From: an uncultured delta proteobacterium
GTDB lineage: Bacteria > Desulfobacterota > Binatia > UBA9968
Direction of reading: 5' to 3'
Assembly: GCA_963840855.1 (NCBI GenBank)
Contig: CAWJBB010000011.1
Span: 1-21,652, forward strand
Length of the DNA stretch: 21,652 bases
Positions 7,828-16,704 of this stretch are shown one piece after another. The notes beneath the pieces were generated by a model. It had not been told where the DNA came from, did no database searches, and saw nothing but the letters and a program-made list of their open reading frames with translations. The stretch's first letter is position 1. Each line of letters begins with the position of its first letter. The position numbers and the translations under genes were made by a program.

Positions 7828-7928
7828 AAAGTTTCTGTAACATAAAAGCGACGGTGCAGAAAGCAACCGCGCATCTTATGACAACCAAAGATTGTTGTGG
7901 GCAATTCTTTTAGTTCACGACTTAGATA

Positions 7929-7954
7929 GTCGTCCTGAGCAAAGCGAAGGATCT
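7929..7954. repeat. Single REP-like unit
   Basis: GTCGTCCTGAGCAAAGCGAAGGATCT, an imperfect hairpin sharing 12 nt with 5895-5906. Confidence 0.5.
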
Positions 7955-7978
7955 AGGAAGATCGAAAACAGGGTGTTT

Positions 7979-8458
7979 ATGGCACAATTGAGTCACTTGG
8001 ACGAAAAAGGGCGGGCCCGCATGGTTGACGTTTCCGAAAAAGAAGTCACGAGCCGAATCGCCGTGGCGCGCGGCACGATTCACATGCGCCGCGAAACCCT
8101 CGAACTGATTCGGCAGGGCAAAGTCGAGAAAGGCGATGTCTTTTCCGTCGCGCGGGTGGCCGGCATCATGGCGGCGAAAAAGACTTCAGAACTGATACCC
8201 ATGTGTCACCCGCTTAACATCACATCCGTGCAAATCACATTGATTCCGGAGAGCACTCCCGCCCGCGTGGATATCGAAGCATCGGTGCGCGTCAGCGGCA
8301 AAACCGGCGTCGAGATGGAAGCCATGACCGCGGTAGCCGTGGCGGGCTTAACCATCTATGACATGTGCAAAGCCGTCGACCGCGAAATGGCCCTCGGCGA
8401 AATCAGACTCGTCGAAAAGAGCGGCGGCAAAAGCGGCACGTTCATTAGAAAAGAGTGA
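7979..8458 (+). CDS. moaC: Cyclic pyranopterin monophosphate synthase
   Basis: LSHLDEKGRARMVDVSEK, KGDV, LIPMCHPL, TGVEMEA and TIYDMCKAVD motifs. The true start is MAQLSH (7979); the track extension reads through the repeat. Confidence 0.97.
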   Translation: MAQLSHLDEKGRARMVDVSEKEVTSRIAVARGTIHMRRETLELIRQGKVEKGDVFSVARVAGIMAAKKTSELIPMCHPLNITSVQITLIPESTPARVDIEASVRVSGKTGVEMEAMTAVAVAGLTIYDMCKAVDREMALGEIRLVEKSGGKSGTFIRKE

Positions 8459-8463
8459 TGGTA

Positions 8464-8531
8464 ATTTTGGATTTTCGATTTTAGATTGAATCCAAAATCG
8501 GCAAGCGGCCCCGCAGACCAAAATCTAAAAT
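8464..8531. repeat. Inverted heptamer tandem repeat (STRR-like)
   Basis: ATTTTGG ATTTTCG ATTTTAG ATT g AAT CCAAAAT [19-nt insert] CCAAAAT CTAAAAT. Confidence 0.8.
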
Positions 8532-8560
8532 GACGACCCTCAGCACCTTACTGCAATTCA

Positions 8561-9736
8561 ATGCAGCGAATCTATCTCAAACAGGGACGTGAGCGACCCG
8601 TCTTGAATGGTCATCCCTGGATCTTCTCCGGCGCCATTGACAGGATCAACGGCGATGCGGGCATCGTCGGCGTCGCCGACATTTTTGACTGCAAGAAATC
8701 CTGGATCGCCCGCGGCCTTTATAATCCCGCCTCGCAAATCCGTGTTCGTCTCCTCACGGGGAAAGACGAGCCCATCGACGGAGATTTTTTCCGGCGGCGA
8801 ATCGCCCAGGCCCTCGCGCTTCGGGAAAAATTCATCGCCCCCAAGACCAACGCCTACCGGCTTATCAACGGCGAGGGGGATTTTCTACCGGGACTTATCG
8901 TGGACCGCTACGCCGATTTTTTCGTATGCCAGTTTTTCACCGCCGGCATGGAACTGTTCAAGCAAGACATCATCGCGACGCTTGGCGGCCTGGCCCGAGT
9001 CAAGGGCCTCTATGAAAGAAGCGATGGCAAAGTACGCGAGGTAGAAGGGCTCGGCGGGTCCGTGGGTACGCTCGCCGGTGCGGAGCCGCCGGAACTGATC
9101 GAGATCGAGGAAAACGGCTATAAATTCGTTGTCGATGTCAGGCGCGGGCAAAAAACCGGCTTTTTTTTGGACCAGCGGGACAATCGTCAATTTCTTTCGG
9201 CCCTCGCTCGCGACGCGGCGGTGCTCAATTGCTTTTCCTACAGTGGCGCCTTTAGCGTTTACGCGTTCGGCGGGGGCGCGCGATCGGTGATCTCGCTCGA
9301 CTCTTCCCGGCCCGCCTTGGAACTCGCTGAGAACAATTTCGCGCTTAACCGTTTTACCGGTGATAACGCCGAACTCATCAAGGGCGACGCCTTCGCTTAT
9401 CTTAAAGAGTGTAACGCCAACTTTGACATCATCGTGCTCGATCCGCCTGCGCTCGCCCACCGCCGTAGCGACGTCGAAGCCGCCGCCGGCGGCTACAAAT
9501 TTTTAAATCTCCACGCGCTCAAGCATATTAACCCCGGCGGGCTTTTTTTAACGTTTTCTTGTTCACAGCATCTATCTTCCGATCTATTTCAAAAAGTGGT
9601 TTTCGGCGCCGCCGTAGACGCGGGACGAAGGGTCAGCATTGTAAAGAAGCTTGGCCCGCCCATCGATCATCCCGTGAGCCTGCACCACCCTGAAGGCGAG
9701 TACTTAAAGGGGCTTTTGCTCCACGTCTTGGACTGA
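8561..9736 (+). CDS. RlmI/RlmK-family SAM-dependent rRNA methyltransferase (PUA domain)
   Basis: GHPWIFSG, YRLINGEGDFLPGLIVDRY, GQKTGFFLDQRDNR, LNCFSYSGAF, LDPP, FSCS and PEGEYLKG motifs. Probably rlmI (23S m5C1962). Confidence 0.93.
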   Translation: MQRIYLKQGRERPVLNGHPWIFSGAIDRINGDAGIVGVADIFDCKKSWIARGLYNPASQIRVRLLTGKDEPIDGDFFRRRIAQALALREKFIAPKTNAYRLINGEGDFLPGLIVDRYADFFVCQFFTAGMELFKQDIIATLGGLARVKGLYERSDGKVREVEGLGGSVGTLAGAEPPELIEIEENGYKFVVDVRRGQKTGFFLDQRDNRQFLSALARDAAVLNCFSYSGAFSVYAFGGGARSVISLDSSRPALELAENNFALNRFTGDNAELIKGDAFAYLKECNANFDIIVLDPPALAHRRSDVEAAAGGYKFLNLHALKHINPGGLFLTFSCSQHLSSDLFQKVVFGAAVDAGRRVSIVKKLGPPIDHPVSLHHPEGEYLKGLLLHVLD

Positions 9737-9814
9737 GCCGCCCATTGTGGTAGACGGAAGCGCAGTCGAGAGTTCGTTTCGGCGCGACAACCGGGAGATG
9801 ACAACGAGGTGCCC

Positions 9815-10507
9815 ATGCCCCCCTATCAAACCATCAAGGACTGGCCCGAGGAGGACCGTCCCCGAGAGAAGCTCTTCAGCCACGGCGCCGCGTCGCTCAG
9901 CGACACTGAACTACTGGCGATCGTGCTCAGAAACGGCAACGCCAGCACGGGCGAAAGCGCCATCGATCAGGCGCGCCTGCTGCTGGGGCAGTTTGACGGG
10001 CTTAGAGGCATCGATGAGGCCTCGGTCACTGAATTAACCGGCGTCAAAGGCATCGGCCCGGCAAAAGCGGCTGAGATCAAAGCCAGTCTTGAAATCGCCC
10101 GGCGAGTCACCGGCTTAAAATGGCAAGCCGGAGAGCCGCTGCGTTCTGCGGAAGATGTCTTCCGCCATTTTCACGAGAACCTGGCCCGGGAAAAGCGCGA
10201 GATCTTCTACGTCGTCTTGCTCAACAACAAGAACAAAAAAATCCGCGAAGTGAAAATTTCCGAAGGCTCGCTTACGGCATCGCTGGTGCACCCGCGCGAG
10301 GTCTATAACCCGGTTATTCGGGAATCCGCGGCGGCAGTCATCTTCGTCCACAATCACCCCAGCGGCGATCCCGCGCCGAGCCCGGAAGACATCGAGATCA
10401 CCCGGCGGCTCAAAGAGGTCGGCGAGGTGATGGGCGTCAGGGTACTTGACCATGTGGTGATCGGCCACGAGCGTTATTTTAGTTTTAGTGACCGCGGTTT
10501 GCTCTGA
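9815..10507 (+). CDS. radC: RadC family JAB-domain protein
   Basis: WPEEDRPREKL, HhH motif VKGIGPAKA, HPREV and HNHPSGDPAPSPED. GAGGTG SD precedes ATG 9815. Confidence 0.95.
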   Translation: MPPYQTIKDWPEEDRPREKLFSHGAASLSDTELLAIVLRNGNASTGESAIDQARLLLGQFDGLRGIDEASVTELTGVKGIGPAKAAEIKASLEIARRVTGLKWQAGEPLRSAEDVFRHFHENLAREKREIFYVVLLNNKNKKIREVKISEGSLTASLVHPREVYNPVIRESAAAVIFVHNHPSGDPAPSPEDIEITRRLKEVGEVMGVRVLDHVVIGHERYFSFSDRGLL

Positions 10508-10569
10508 TCCGAAGCTCGAACGGGCGGGCCGCGGGCGAATTGGCAACGTCATACAAAATATAAAATTTG

Positions 10570-10598
10570 TTGACATCGAAACCCCTGCAATTTATCCT
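10570..10598 (+). promoter_or_regulatory. sigma70-type promoter for the M23 peptidase gene
   Basis: TTGACA-17 nt-TATCCT with an AT-rich upstream tract. Confidence 0.65.
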
Positions 10599-10654
10599 TT
10601 CACAAACGAATCCGATTCCTGACAGCAGGGTCACCCGTGATTAGCCCTTAACGC

Positions 10655-12067
10655 ATGGCTGCTTTTGATTTAGGCCCGCCGCCCCGGAAATCCGGGGCGA
10701 TCAAGAAAATCATCTTCATCTTGCTGGTGTTGGCCGTCATTGCAGGCGGCTATTTCGCCCTCCCGAAATTCGAGTGGAAAGCGCCTGAAATCAAGCTTAC
10801 CCCGGACACCGACGTGTTGGCTCTAAAGCCCATCGAGGTCGAGGTCACCGAGCGAGGTACGGGGCTTGAATCCCTCACCGTCACGCTAACCACCGGCGGC
10901 ACCGAGCATGCGTTAGTCAACGAAAAGTACGACCAGCCGGTAATGCAGAAAAAAGTCACCGTGGCAGTGACCGCCAAACTCACTGGCGTGAAAGAAGGCC
11001 CCGCGGTATTGCGCATCAGCGCCCGTGACCGGTCGTTATGGCGCTTTTTTCGCGGCAACCAGACCGTCATCGAGAAAAATCTCACCATCGACATCACGCC
11101 CCCGACCCTGGAACTCCTGGCCGACGACCCTTACGTCAATTTTGGCGGCGTGGGCATCATCGCCTATAAGCCATCGGTGGACACAGTCAAGAGCGGCGTC
11201 CAGATCGGTAAGTATTTTTTTCCCGGCTACAAGGGGCAAACCAAAGACCCCGGAACCTACCTTGTTTTCTTTGCTCATCCCTATGATGTCTCTGAGGCGG
11301 AGAAAGCGATTCTTATCGCCACGGATAAAGCCGGCAACACGAGACAGATGGCGCTCGCCTACACGCTCAAAAACGTCAAATACAAGAAAAGCACCATTGC
11401 CATTTCAGACGAATTCATCCAGAGCAAAGTGGCCCCGCTCGTCACCGATGTTGCCGCCCGCCAGAAAAGCCCGAAAGAAATTTTCATCGCCGTTAACCGC
11501 GCGCTAAGAAAAGAAAACGACGACAAAATCCGAACCGTGGGCCAGAAAAGCGCAGACAAGCTGCTTTGGAGCGGCGTTTTCAGCCAGCTCACGAACTCCA
11601 AAGTGGAAGCCAACTTCGCCGACGCCCGCACCTACACCTATCAAGGCGAAAACATAGACAACGCGTATCATCTGGGTTTTGACCTGTCGGTTACCAAGCG
11701 CTACCCAGTGGAAGCGTCCAACAGCGGTGTTGTTGCGTTTACCGGCGATCTCGGCATCTATGGCAATACGGTGATCATCGACCATGGTCTGGGTCTAGCT
11801 ACACTATACGGCCACCTGAGCTCCATCGACGTCAAAGAGGAAGAGCCGGTCAAGCAAAAACAAATCATCGGCAAAAGCGGCGAGACCGGCCTCGCGGCGG
11901 GGGACCACCTTCACTTCGGAGTCTATCTGAACGGTGTTGCCGTCCTGCCCATCGAGTGGTGGGACGAAAAGTGGATTCGCGACAATGTCACGCCCAAGCT
12001 CGAAGGATCAGCGGCCGCGGAAGAGCCAAAACCATCACCCAGAACGGCGCACAAACGGCGCCGCTAA
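10655..12067 (+). CDS. Membrane-anchored M23 family metallopeptidase (peptidoglycan endopeptidase)
   Basis: N-terminal TM anchor; C-terminal HxxxD (HLGFD), YGNTVIIDHG, YGHL and HLH zinc motifs. Confidence 0.93.
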   Translation: MAAFDLGPPPRKSGAIKKIIFILLVLAVIAGGYFALPKFEWKAPEIKLTPDTDVLALKPIEVEVTERGTGLESLTVTLTTGGTEHALVNEKYDQPVMQKKVTVAVTAKLTGVKEGPAVLRISARDRSLWRFFRGNQTVIEKNLTIDITPPTLELLADDPYVNFGGVGIIAYKPSVDTVKSGVQIGKYFFPGYKGQTKDPGTYLVFFAHPYDVSEAEKAILIATDKAGNTRQMALAYTLKNVKYKKSTIAISDEFIQSKVAPLVTDVAARQKSPKEIFIAVNRALRKENDDKIRTVGQKSADKLLWSGVFSQLTNSKVEANFADARTYTYQGENIDNAYHLGFDLSVTKRYPVEASNSGVVAFTGDLGIYGNTVIIDHGLGLATLYGHLSSIDVKEEEPVKQKQIIGKSGETGLAAGDHLHFGVYLNGVAVLPIEWWDEKWIRDNVTPKLEGSAAAEEPKPSPRTAHKRRR

Positions 12068-12080
12068 TCCGAATTATTCA

Positions 12081-12158
12081 GTTCAAAGTTCAACGTATTC
12101 CTGTCTTTTTTATTTAACTCCGGACCGTTGTCCCTAACTTTGATCCTTGAACGTTGAG
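12081..12158. repeat. Degenerate inverted heptamer repeats between convergent genes
   Basis: GTTCAAA GTTCAAC GT (12081-12096) and ACTTTGA TCCTTGA ACGTTGA (12137-12157). Confidence 0.5.
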
Positions 12159-12169
12159 CGGTACATGGA

Positions 12170-13378
12170 CTAGTCGCCGCTTCTGGCGGGCACTTTCAAA
12201 ATCATCAGAGCGACAACCGACGCCAGAAGCGGGAAAATGGCGATGGCCAGTAACGCGGCCGTTAGACCATAGGCGTCGGCGACCAATCCAGCCATTATCG
12301 GCGCAAGAAAGGAAACGCCCATGTTAGCGCCAAAAATAAACGCGACGATGCTGCCGGAGAGCTGTTGCGGCGCGGCCGATATGGCGGCAGTTACGATAAC
12401 GGGTCTGAGCGCCCAGAGTAAAGCTCCCAACACCCCAAGGCCCAACGCTAACATCACGCCTGAACCCAGATAAGGAATCGCGAGGATCATCGCCATGCTC
12501 AAAAAAGAGAAGACGACGATCAATAGCCTGTGACCGAATCGATCTGAAATCCAGCCGACAACTGCCGGCGCGGCGCCGGCGAATAGAAACAAGGTCGACA
12601 TATAAGCGCCGGTGACTCCCGCGGAAAGTTTTAGCTCCAATGAAAGATAGAGCGGCAAAAACGCGGCGAGAGCCGTTTGCCCCATGGCGCGAAAAGTTGA
12701 AACCACAACCAGGCCGCACACGGTTTTGTTTCCAAGCACGTCTTCCCACAATGACCGCCCATAGCCCTTGGGCCGCTTTACCGCGAGATCGCCCTCTCCC
12801 CCCAAAAATGCATACAGCGATCCGATTACGAGACCTGGTAGCGCCCAGATTTGTAGAGCCGAGCGCCAATCGACGAAACTGAGCAAGAGCCCAAGCGCCA
12901 AGGGACCGACGACCTCGCCTAAATTGGCGCTACTGTCGTGAACGCCCAGAGCGAAAGCTCGCTTGTCGCGATATTTGGCGGTCAGAATTGCCAGCGATTG
13001 CGGGTGAAAACCACCGCCGCCCAGGCCGCTCAGTGCCATAAACACAAGCAGCATGGGAAAACTCCAGGCTAAACTCAATCCGAGGCTCGCCAGGCCTATC
13101 ATCGCGATGCAGAGTCCCAGCAGCAGGTTTCGGCGGATCGCCAGATCGGCAAAAAATCCCGAGGGAAAACTCGCCAGCCCCGCCATCAAAGTGCGGGTGG
13201 AAGCCAGGGCGCCCGCTTGCGCGAGGGTGAGACCAAAGGACGACGTGATAAGCGGCAGTATCACGGCGATCACGCCGTTGAAAAGATGTTCGATCATATG
13301 CGCCGTGGAATTGGCGGCAAGGCGCCCCCAACCGGCGAAGGGCGAGACTATCGTATCAGCGCTTTCGAGCTTCGACAT
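12170..13378 (-). CDS. MFS transporter (Fsr-like)
   Basis: 402 aa, about 12 TM segments, GLGGGGFHP and GWISDRFGHR motifs. Confidence 0.9.
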   Translation of the reverse strand: MSKLESADTIVSPFAGWGRLAANSTAHMIEHLFNGVIAVILPLITSSFGLTLAQAGALASTRTLMAGLASFPSGFFADLAIRRNLLLGLCIAMIGLASLGLSLAWSFPMLLVFMALSGLGGGGFHPQSLAILTAKYRDKRAFALGVHDSSANLGEVVGPLALGLLLSFVDWRSALQIWALPGLVIGSLYAFLGGEGDLAVKRPKGYGRSLWEDVLGNKTVCGLVVVSTFRAMGQTALAAFLPLYLSLELKLSAGVTGAYMSTLFLFAGAAPAVVGWISDRFGHRLLIVVFSFLSMAMILAIPYLGSGVMLALGLGVLGALLWALRPVIVTAAISAAPQQLSGSIVAFIFGANMGVSFLAPIMAGLVADAYGLTAALLAIAIFPLLASVVALMILKVPARSGD

Positions 13379-13515
13379 TTTTTCTAGCCACCTTATCAGC
13401 GGGCATCAAGCCACGATTTTTGCGGCGTTGCAAACTCCCACCTTGCGGCCTTCATCTCTGTCAAAACCAATTTGATCGCGCAGAACGGCCGCCAGGCAGG
13501 TCTTCACGCCGGGCC

Positions 13516-13740
13516 TCAGCCGATGCGGATCAATTTCTTCCTCGCGCTGCGGCCGCGCAGGATTTCGATGGAAGACTTCGACACGCCGAAGTGATCGGCC
13601 AATAGTTCGATCAGTGCTTGATTGGCTTTGCCGCCAACCGGCGCGGTGCTTACGGAGGCTCGATAATCGCTCTCAGCGATTCTGGTGATTGCGGGTTCCT
13701 TTGAGTTGGGTTTAACAGTGACGGCGATGGTAAAAGCCAT
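13516..13740 (-). CDS. DUF167 / YggU family protein
   Basis: VTVKPNSK...APVGGKANQALIELLADHFGVSKSSIEILRGRSARKK. Confidence 0.9.
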   Translation of the reverse strand: MAFTIAVTVKPNSKEPAITRIAESDYRASVSTAPVGGKANQALIELLADHFGVSKSSIEILRGRSARKKLIRIG

Positions 13741-13803
13741 GCCCTACTTTAACGCGGGTTTGAAACGGCGCAACCCATTGCAGGTAACGCCCGGGGCGAA
13801 GGG

Positions 13804-14265
13804 TCATCGTTCTTGATATTGCGCCGACTCCAACACTTTTCGATACGATCGCAAAAGATCGCTGGAGGTAAGAATGCCGCAAATTTTTTCACCCTCGCCC
13901 ACCACGGGCAAACAGTTGATGTGTTTTTCGAGTAGCTGCGCCAGCGCGTCGGTCACCGTGGTTTGTGGATTTACGACGAACGGTTCATGGGTCATGATCT
14001 CGCTCACCGCCTTCGTCTGCCAGTCGGGGGTGCGCGCCAGAGCGCGCAACACATCGCGGTCAGAGATAACCCCCTTGATTCGGCCCTCGTCGTCGACAAT
14101 GACTGAATGGCGAACGTGATGGGTGGCCATCAATTTTACGGCGTCGCCGAAACTGTCGGTGAGGCGAAGCGTCATGACGGTTTGCGTCATCACTTCATCC
14201 ACGCGTAGGGGCATACCGAGCGAACTCGAAGCGGAGCTCGGTTGGACGTTCTTCTGATCCATCAT
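13804..14265 (-). CDS. CBS-domain pair protein
   Basis: Two CBS repeats (VDEVMT...GVISDRD; VSEIMT...LPVV...GILTSSD). GAGGAG SD precedes ATG 14265/14262. Confidence 0.9.
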   Translation of the reverse strand: MMDQKNVQPSSASSSLGMPLRVDEVMTQTVMTLRLTDSFGDAVKLMATHHVRHSVIVDDEGRIKGVISDRDVLRALARTPDWQTKAVSEIMTHEPFVVNPQTTVTDALAQLLEKHINCLPVVGEGEKICGILTSSDLLRSYRKVLESAQYQER

Positions 14266-14574
14266 GATTCTCCTCGGTTTCTTCCCTGCACAAGATGCGT
14301 CGCGGACTACCTTTGACCCGGTTTTCTGGCCCATGGTTCAGTTTGGATATTTTCTTCATCGGCGCAGAGCGCCGAAGCTTTAAAGATCATTTTGTATATT
14401 CGTGGATAGATCCTGCCCCAAATAAGAACTTTCAGGCCGACTTTGGCACTCCCCAGGCGCAATTGCTCACAAGGGCACCGGTAGATTTTGTGAATCGCTG
14501 GCAGCGAATTGGACAACCGCGAAACGTTCGGATAGGGATTGAAAGGATCGAAGTGAATCCACGCGGAGGTAACG

Positions 14575-15633
14575 ATGCCGCTCATTCTCAACAACGACGA
14601 CGTTAAAAAGGCGTTCAACGTCACTGAATGCCTTGAGGTCATGGAAGTTTGTTACCGCGAGCAGGCCCACGGCCGCGCGGTCAATCGGCCCACTTGTCAT
14701 TCCTATCTTCCGCACGCCCTGCCGAATTCAACTTACAGTTTTAAGTCGGTGGATGGCGGCGTTGGCAAGTTAGGGGTATTGGCGCTGCGTGTCACCTCCG
14801 ACGTCGTCCAAGAACAACAGATGCATGGCTCCGTGCGCTTAGAAAAGGTTCCGCTCGCCAAGGGAATGTTCGTAGGCCTCGTCCAGCTTTTTAGCGCGGC
14901 GACGGGCGAGCTACTCGCCATCATGCCCGACGGCATTATCCAGCAGACCCGCGTCGGGGTCACCAGCGCCCTTGGCATGAAATTCATGGCGCGAAAAAAT
15001 TCCCAAGTCCTGGGCCTTATCGGAAGCGGCGGCCAGGCTAAAGCCCATTATCGATTCATGACTTCGGTCATGCCGTTCAAGAAGGTCAAAGTCTTCAGCC
15101 CCAACGCCGCGCACCGAAAATCCTTTGTCGAGGAAATGCAGAAGGACACCGGCGTCGAAGGCGAGCCGGTTGAAAGTGCCGCGGAAGCGGTCAGAGGAGT
15201 CGACGTGATTTGCAGCGCGACCAATTCATCGCGGCCGGTTTTGCCGATCGATTGGCTGGAGTCGGGCATGCACTACAACTCGATCCGGGAATTTGAAACC
15301 GACATGACCGTCTTGGACAAATGCGACATCGTCGCCATTCACACCCATTTCGGCGGCATCCAGCACTACCAACCGCCTGGCATCATCGAAGACATGCCCG
15401 GCGTCCGGCGCGAAAAGCCGCGCGATTGGACGCGCTATCCCGAAATCTCGGATCTCATCGCCGGCAAAGCGCCGAGCCGCGCTAACGATCGGCAGATCAC
15501 GTTCTTTTTGAACAACGTCGGCACCGGCGTCCAATTTGCCGCCATGGGCTATTGTGCCTACAAGGGAGCGAAGGAAAAAGGGCTGGGTCACGAGATTCCG
15601 GCCGAGTGGTTTTTGCAGGATATCAAGCCGTGA
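14575..15633 (+). CDS. Ornithine cyclodeaminase / mu-crystallin family protein
   Basis: TGELLAIM, Rossmann IGSGGQA, ATNS and RANDRQITFF motifs; GGAGGT SD. Confidence 0.88.
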   Translation: MPLILNNDDVKKAFNVTECLEVMEVCYREQAHGRAVNRPTCHSYLPHALPNSTYSFKSVDGGVGKLGVLALRVTSDVVQEQQMHGSVRLEKVPLAKGMFVGLVQLFSAATGELLAIMPDGIIQQTRVGVTSALGMKFMARKNSQVLGLIGSGGQAKAHYRFMTSVMPFKKVKVFSPNAAHRKSFVEEMQKDTGVEGEPVESAAEAVRGVDVICSATNSSRPVLPIDWLESGMHYNSIREFETDMTVLDKCDIVAIHTHFGGIQHYQPPGIIEDMPGVRREKPRDWTRYPEISDLIAGKAPSRANDRQITFFLNNVGTGVQFAAMGYCAYKGAKEKGLGHEIPAEWFLQDIKP

Positions 15634-15652
15634 TTGGCCACAAACAAAAAAT

Positions 15653-16681
15653 CTATTGCCCCATCATCTTTTTTAGCCGCTCGATTACCTCGGGCGGCTG
15701 GTTCATCACTTCTTTGGTTAGCGCCTCCACTTCCTCGCCGGTGGTGGGGTCGATGTCGAGCCGTTTTTTCTTAGTCTCCGCCAGAAATTCAGGGTCCTTC
15801 ATCGTTTTACTGAAAGCCTCGCGGAGGATTTTTACATGCTCGGGACGCATCTTGGGCGGCGCGAGGTAGGGGCGGTGAAACTCCCCGGAGGCCAGCAGCG
15901 TCGTCGCCAAGCGCCGCGCCTGCTCCGGGGTTTTGTACTTGTCCATCAACTCGAAAAGCGTCGGTGTGTTGGCTAACTTCTCGATTCTTACTTTCCCCCC
16001 TTGAACAAGCTCGCGCGAAAATCCATTCTTGCGCCAGGTAAGAAACGGCTCCCGCGAAAAATACGCTTCGGTGCTCAAAGACCGGCACTGGATTTCGCCC
16101 CTTTCCACCGCCAGATCGATCTCGCTCCCGCCCTGGTAACCGGAAATTACATTAAACTTCGCGCCGACGGTTTCTTCCAAAAGTTTCGGCACGAGGTAAC
16201 CCATGTTACCCGTGCCCGTGGTGCCGCATTTCGGCGGTTCTTTGGCGCTCCGCACATCGTCGATGCTTTTGTAAGCGCTATCCGCGCGCATGTAGAGCAC
16301 CTGCGGCGATTTGGTCGCGTTGCCGATCCAGTTGTATTTCGTCCAGTCGAATTTGACCTCAGGCCGCCCGACGAGTTGTTCGAAGTAAAGGCCCGCATTT
16401 ATCGCCGCCATCGTCAAACCATCCGGCTTGGCGACATTGTATATATAATTGGCCGCGATCATGTGCCCCGCGCCCGGCATATTTTGCACGATGATGTTGG
16501 GATTTCCCGCGATGTACTTTCCCATGAAAAGAGCGATGGCGCGGGCGTAGAGATCGTAGAGATCCCCCGCGAGGGTGCCGACAACAAGGGTGACGGTCTT
16601 TCCCTGGTAATAGGGAGTCTGGGCGTGGAGTCCCTCTTTTGCCGCAAAAACCAAGCAAACGGCAAAGAGCAGCTTCTTCAT
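15653..16681 (-). CDS. Bug/TctC-type substrate-binding protein
   Basis: Signal peptide; YYQGKTVTLVVG, YDLYAR, NMPGAG, AKPDGLT and LAVERGE motifs. Confidence 0.9.
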   Translation of the reverse strand: MKKLLFAVCLVFAAKEGLHAQTPYYQGKTVTLVVGTLAGDLYDLYARAIALFMGKYIAGNPNIIVQNMPGAGHMIAANYIYNVAKPDGLTMAAINAGLYFEQLVGRPEVKFDWTKYNWIGNATKSPQVLYMRADSAYKSIDDVRSAKEPPKCGTTGTGNMGYLVPKLLEETVGAKFNVISGYQGGSEIDLAVERGEIQCRSLSTEAYFSREPFLTWRKNGFSRELVQGGKVRIEKLANTPTLFELMDKYKTPEQARRLATTLLASGEFHRPYLAPPKMRPEHVKILREAFSKTMKDPEFLAETKKKRLDIDPTTGEEVEALTKEVMNQPPEVIERLKKMMGQ

Positions 16682-16704
16682 GGAGACATCCCTTCCTGCG
16701 CTGG

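Noticed and set aside
9815-10507. radC as a marker of a mobile element or defence system
   Set aside because: It is the full-length HhH+JAB form among housekeeping genes, with no integrase, E1/E2 or CBASS partners.
14266-14574. Small ORFs and sigma54-like boxes in the CBS/OCD divergent spacer
   Set aside because: The candidate boxes lack correct GG-N10-GC, and the ORFs lack SDs and recognisable features.
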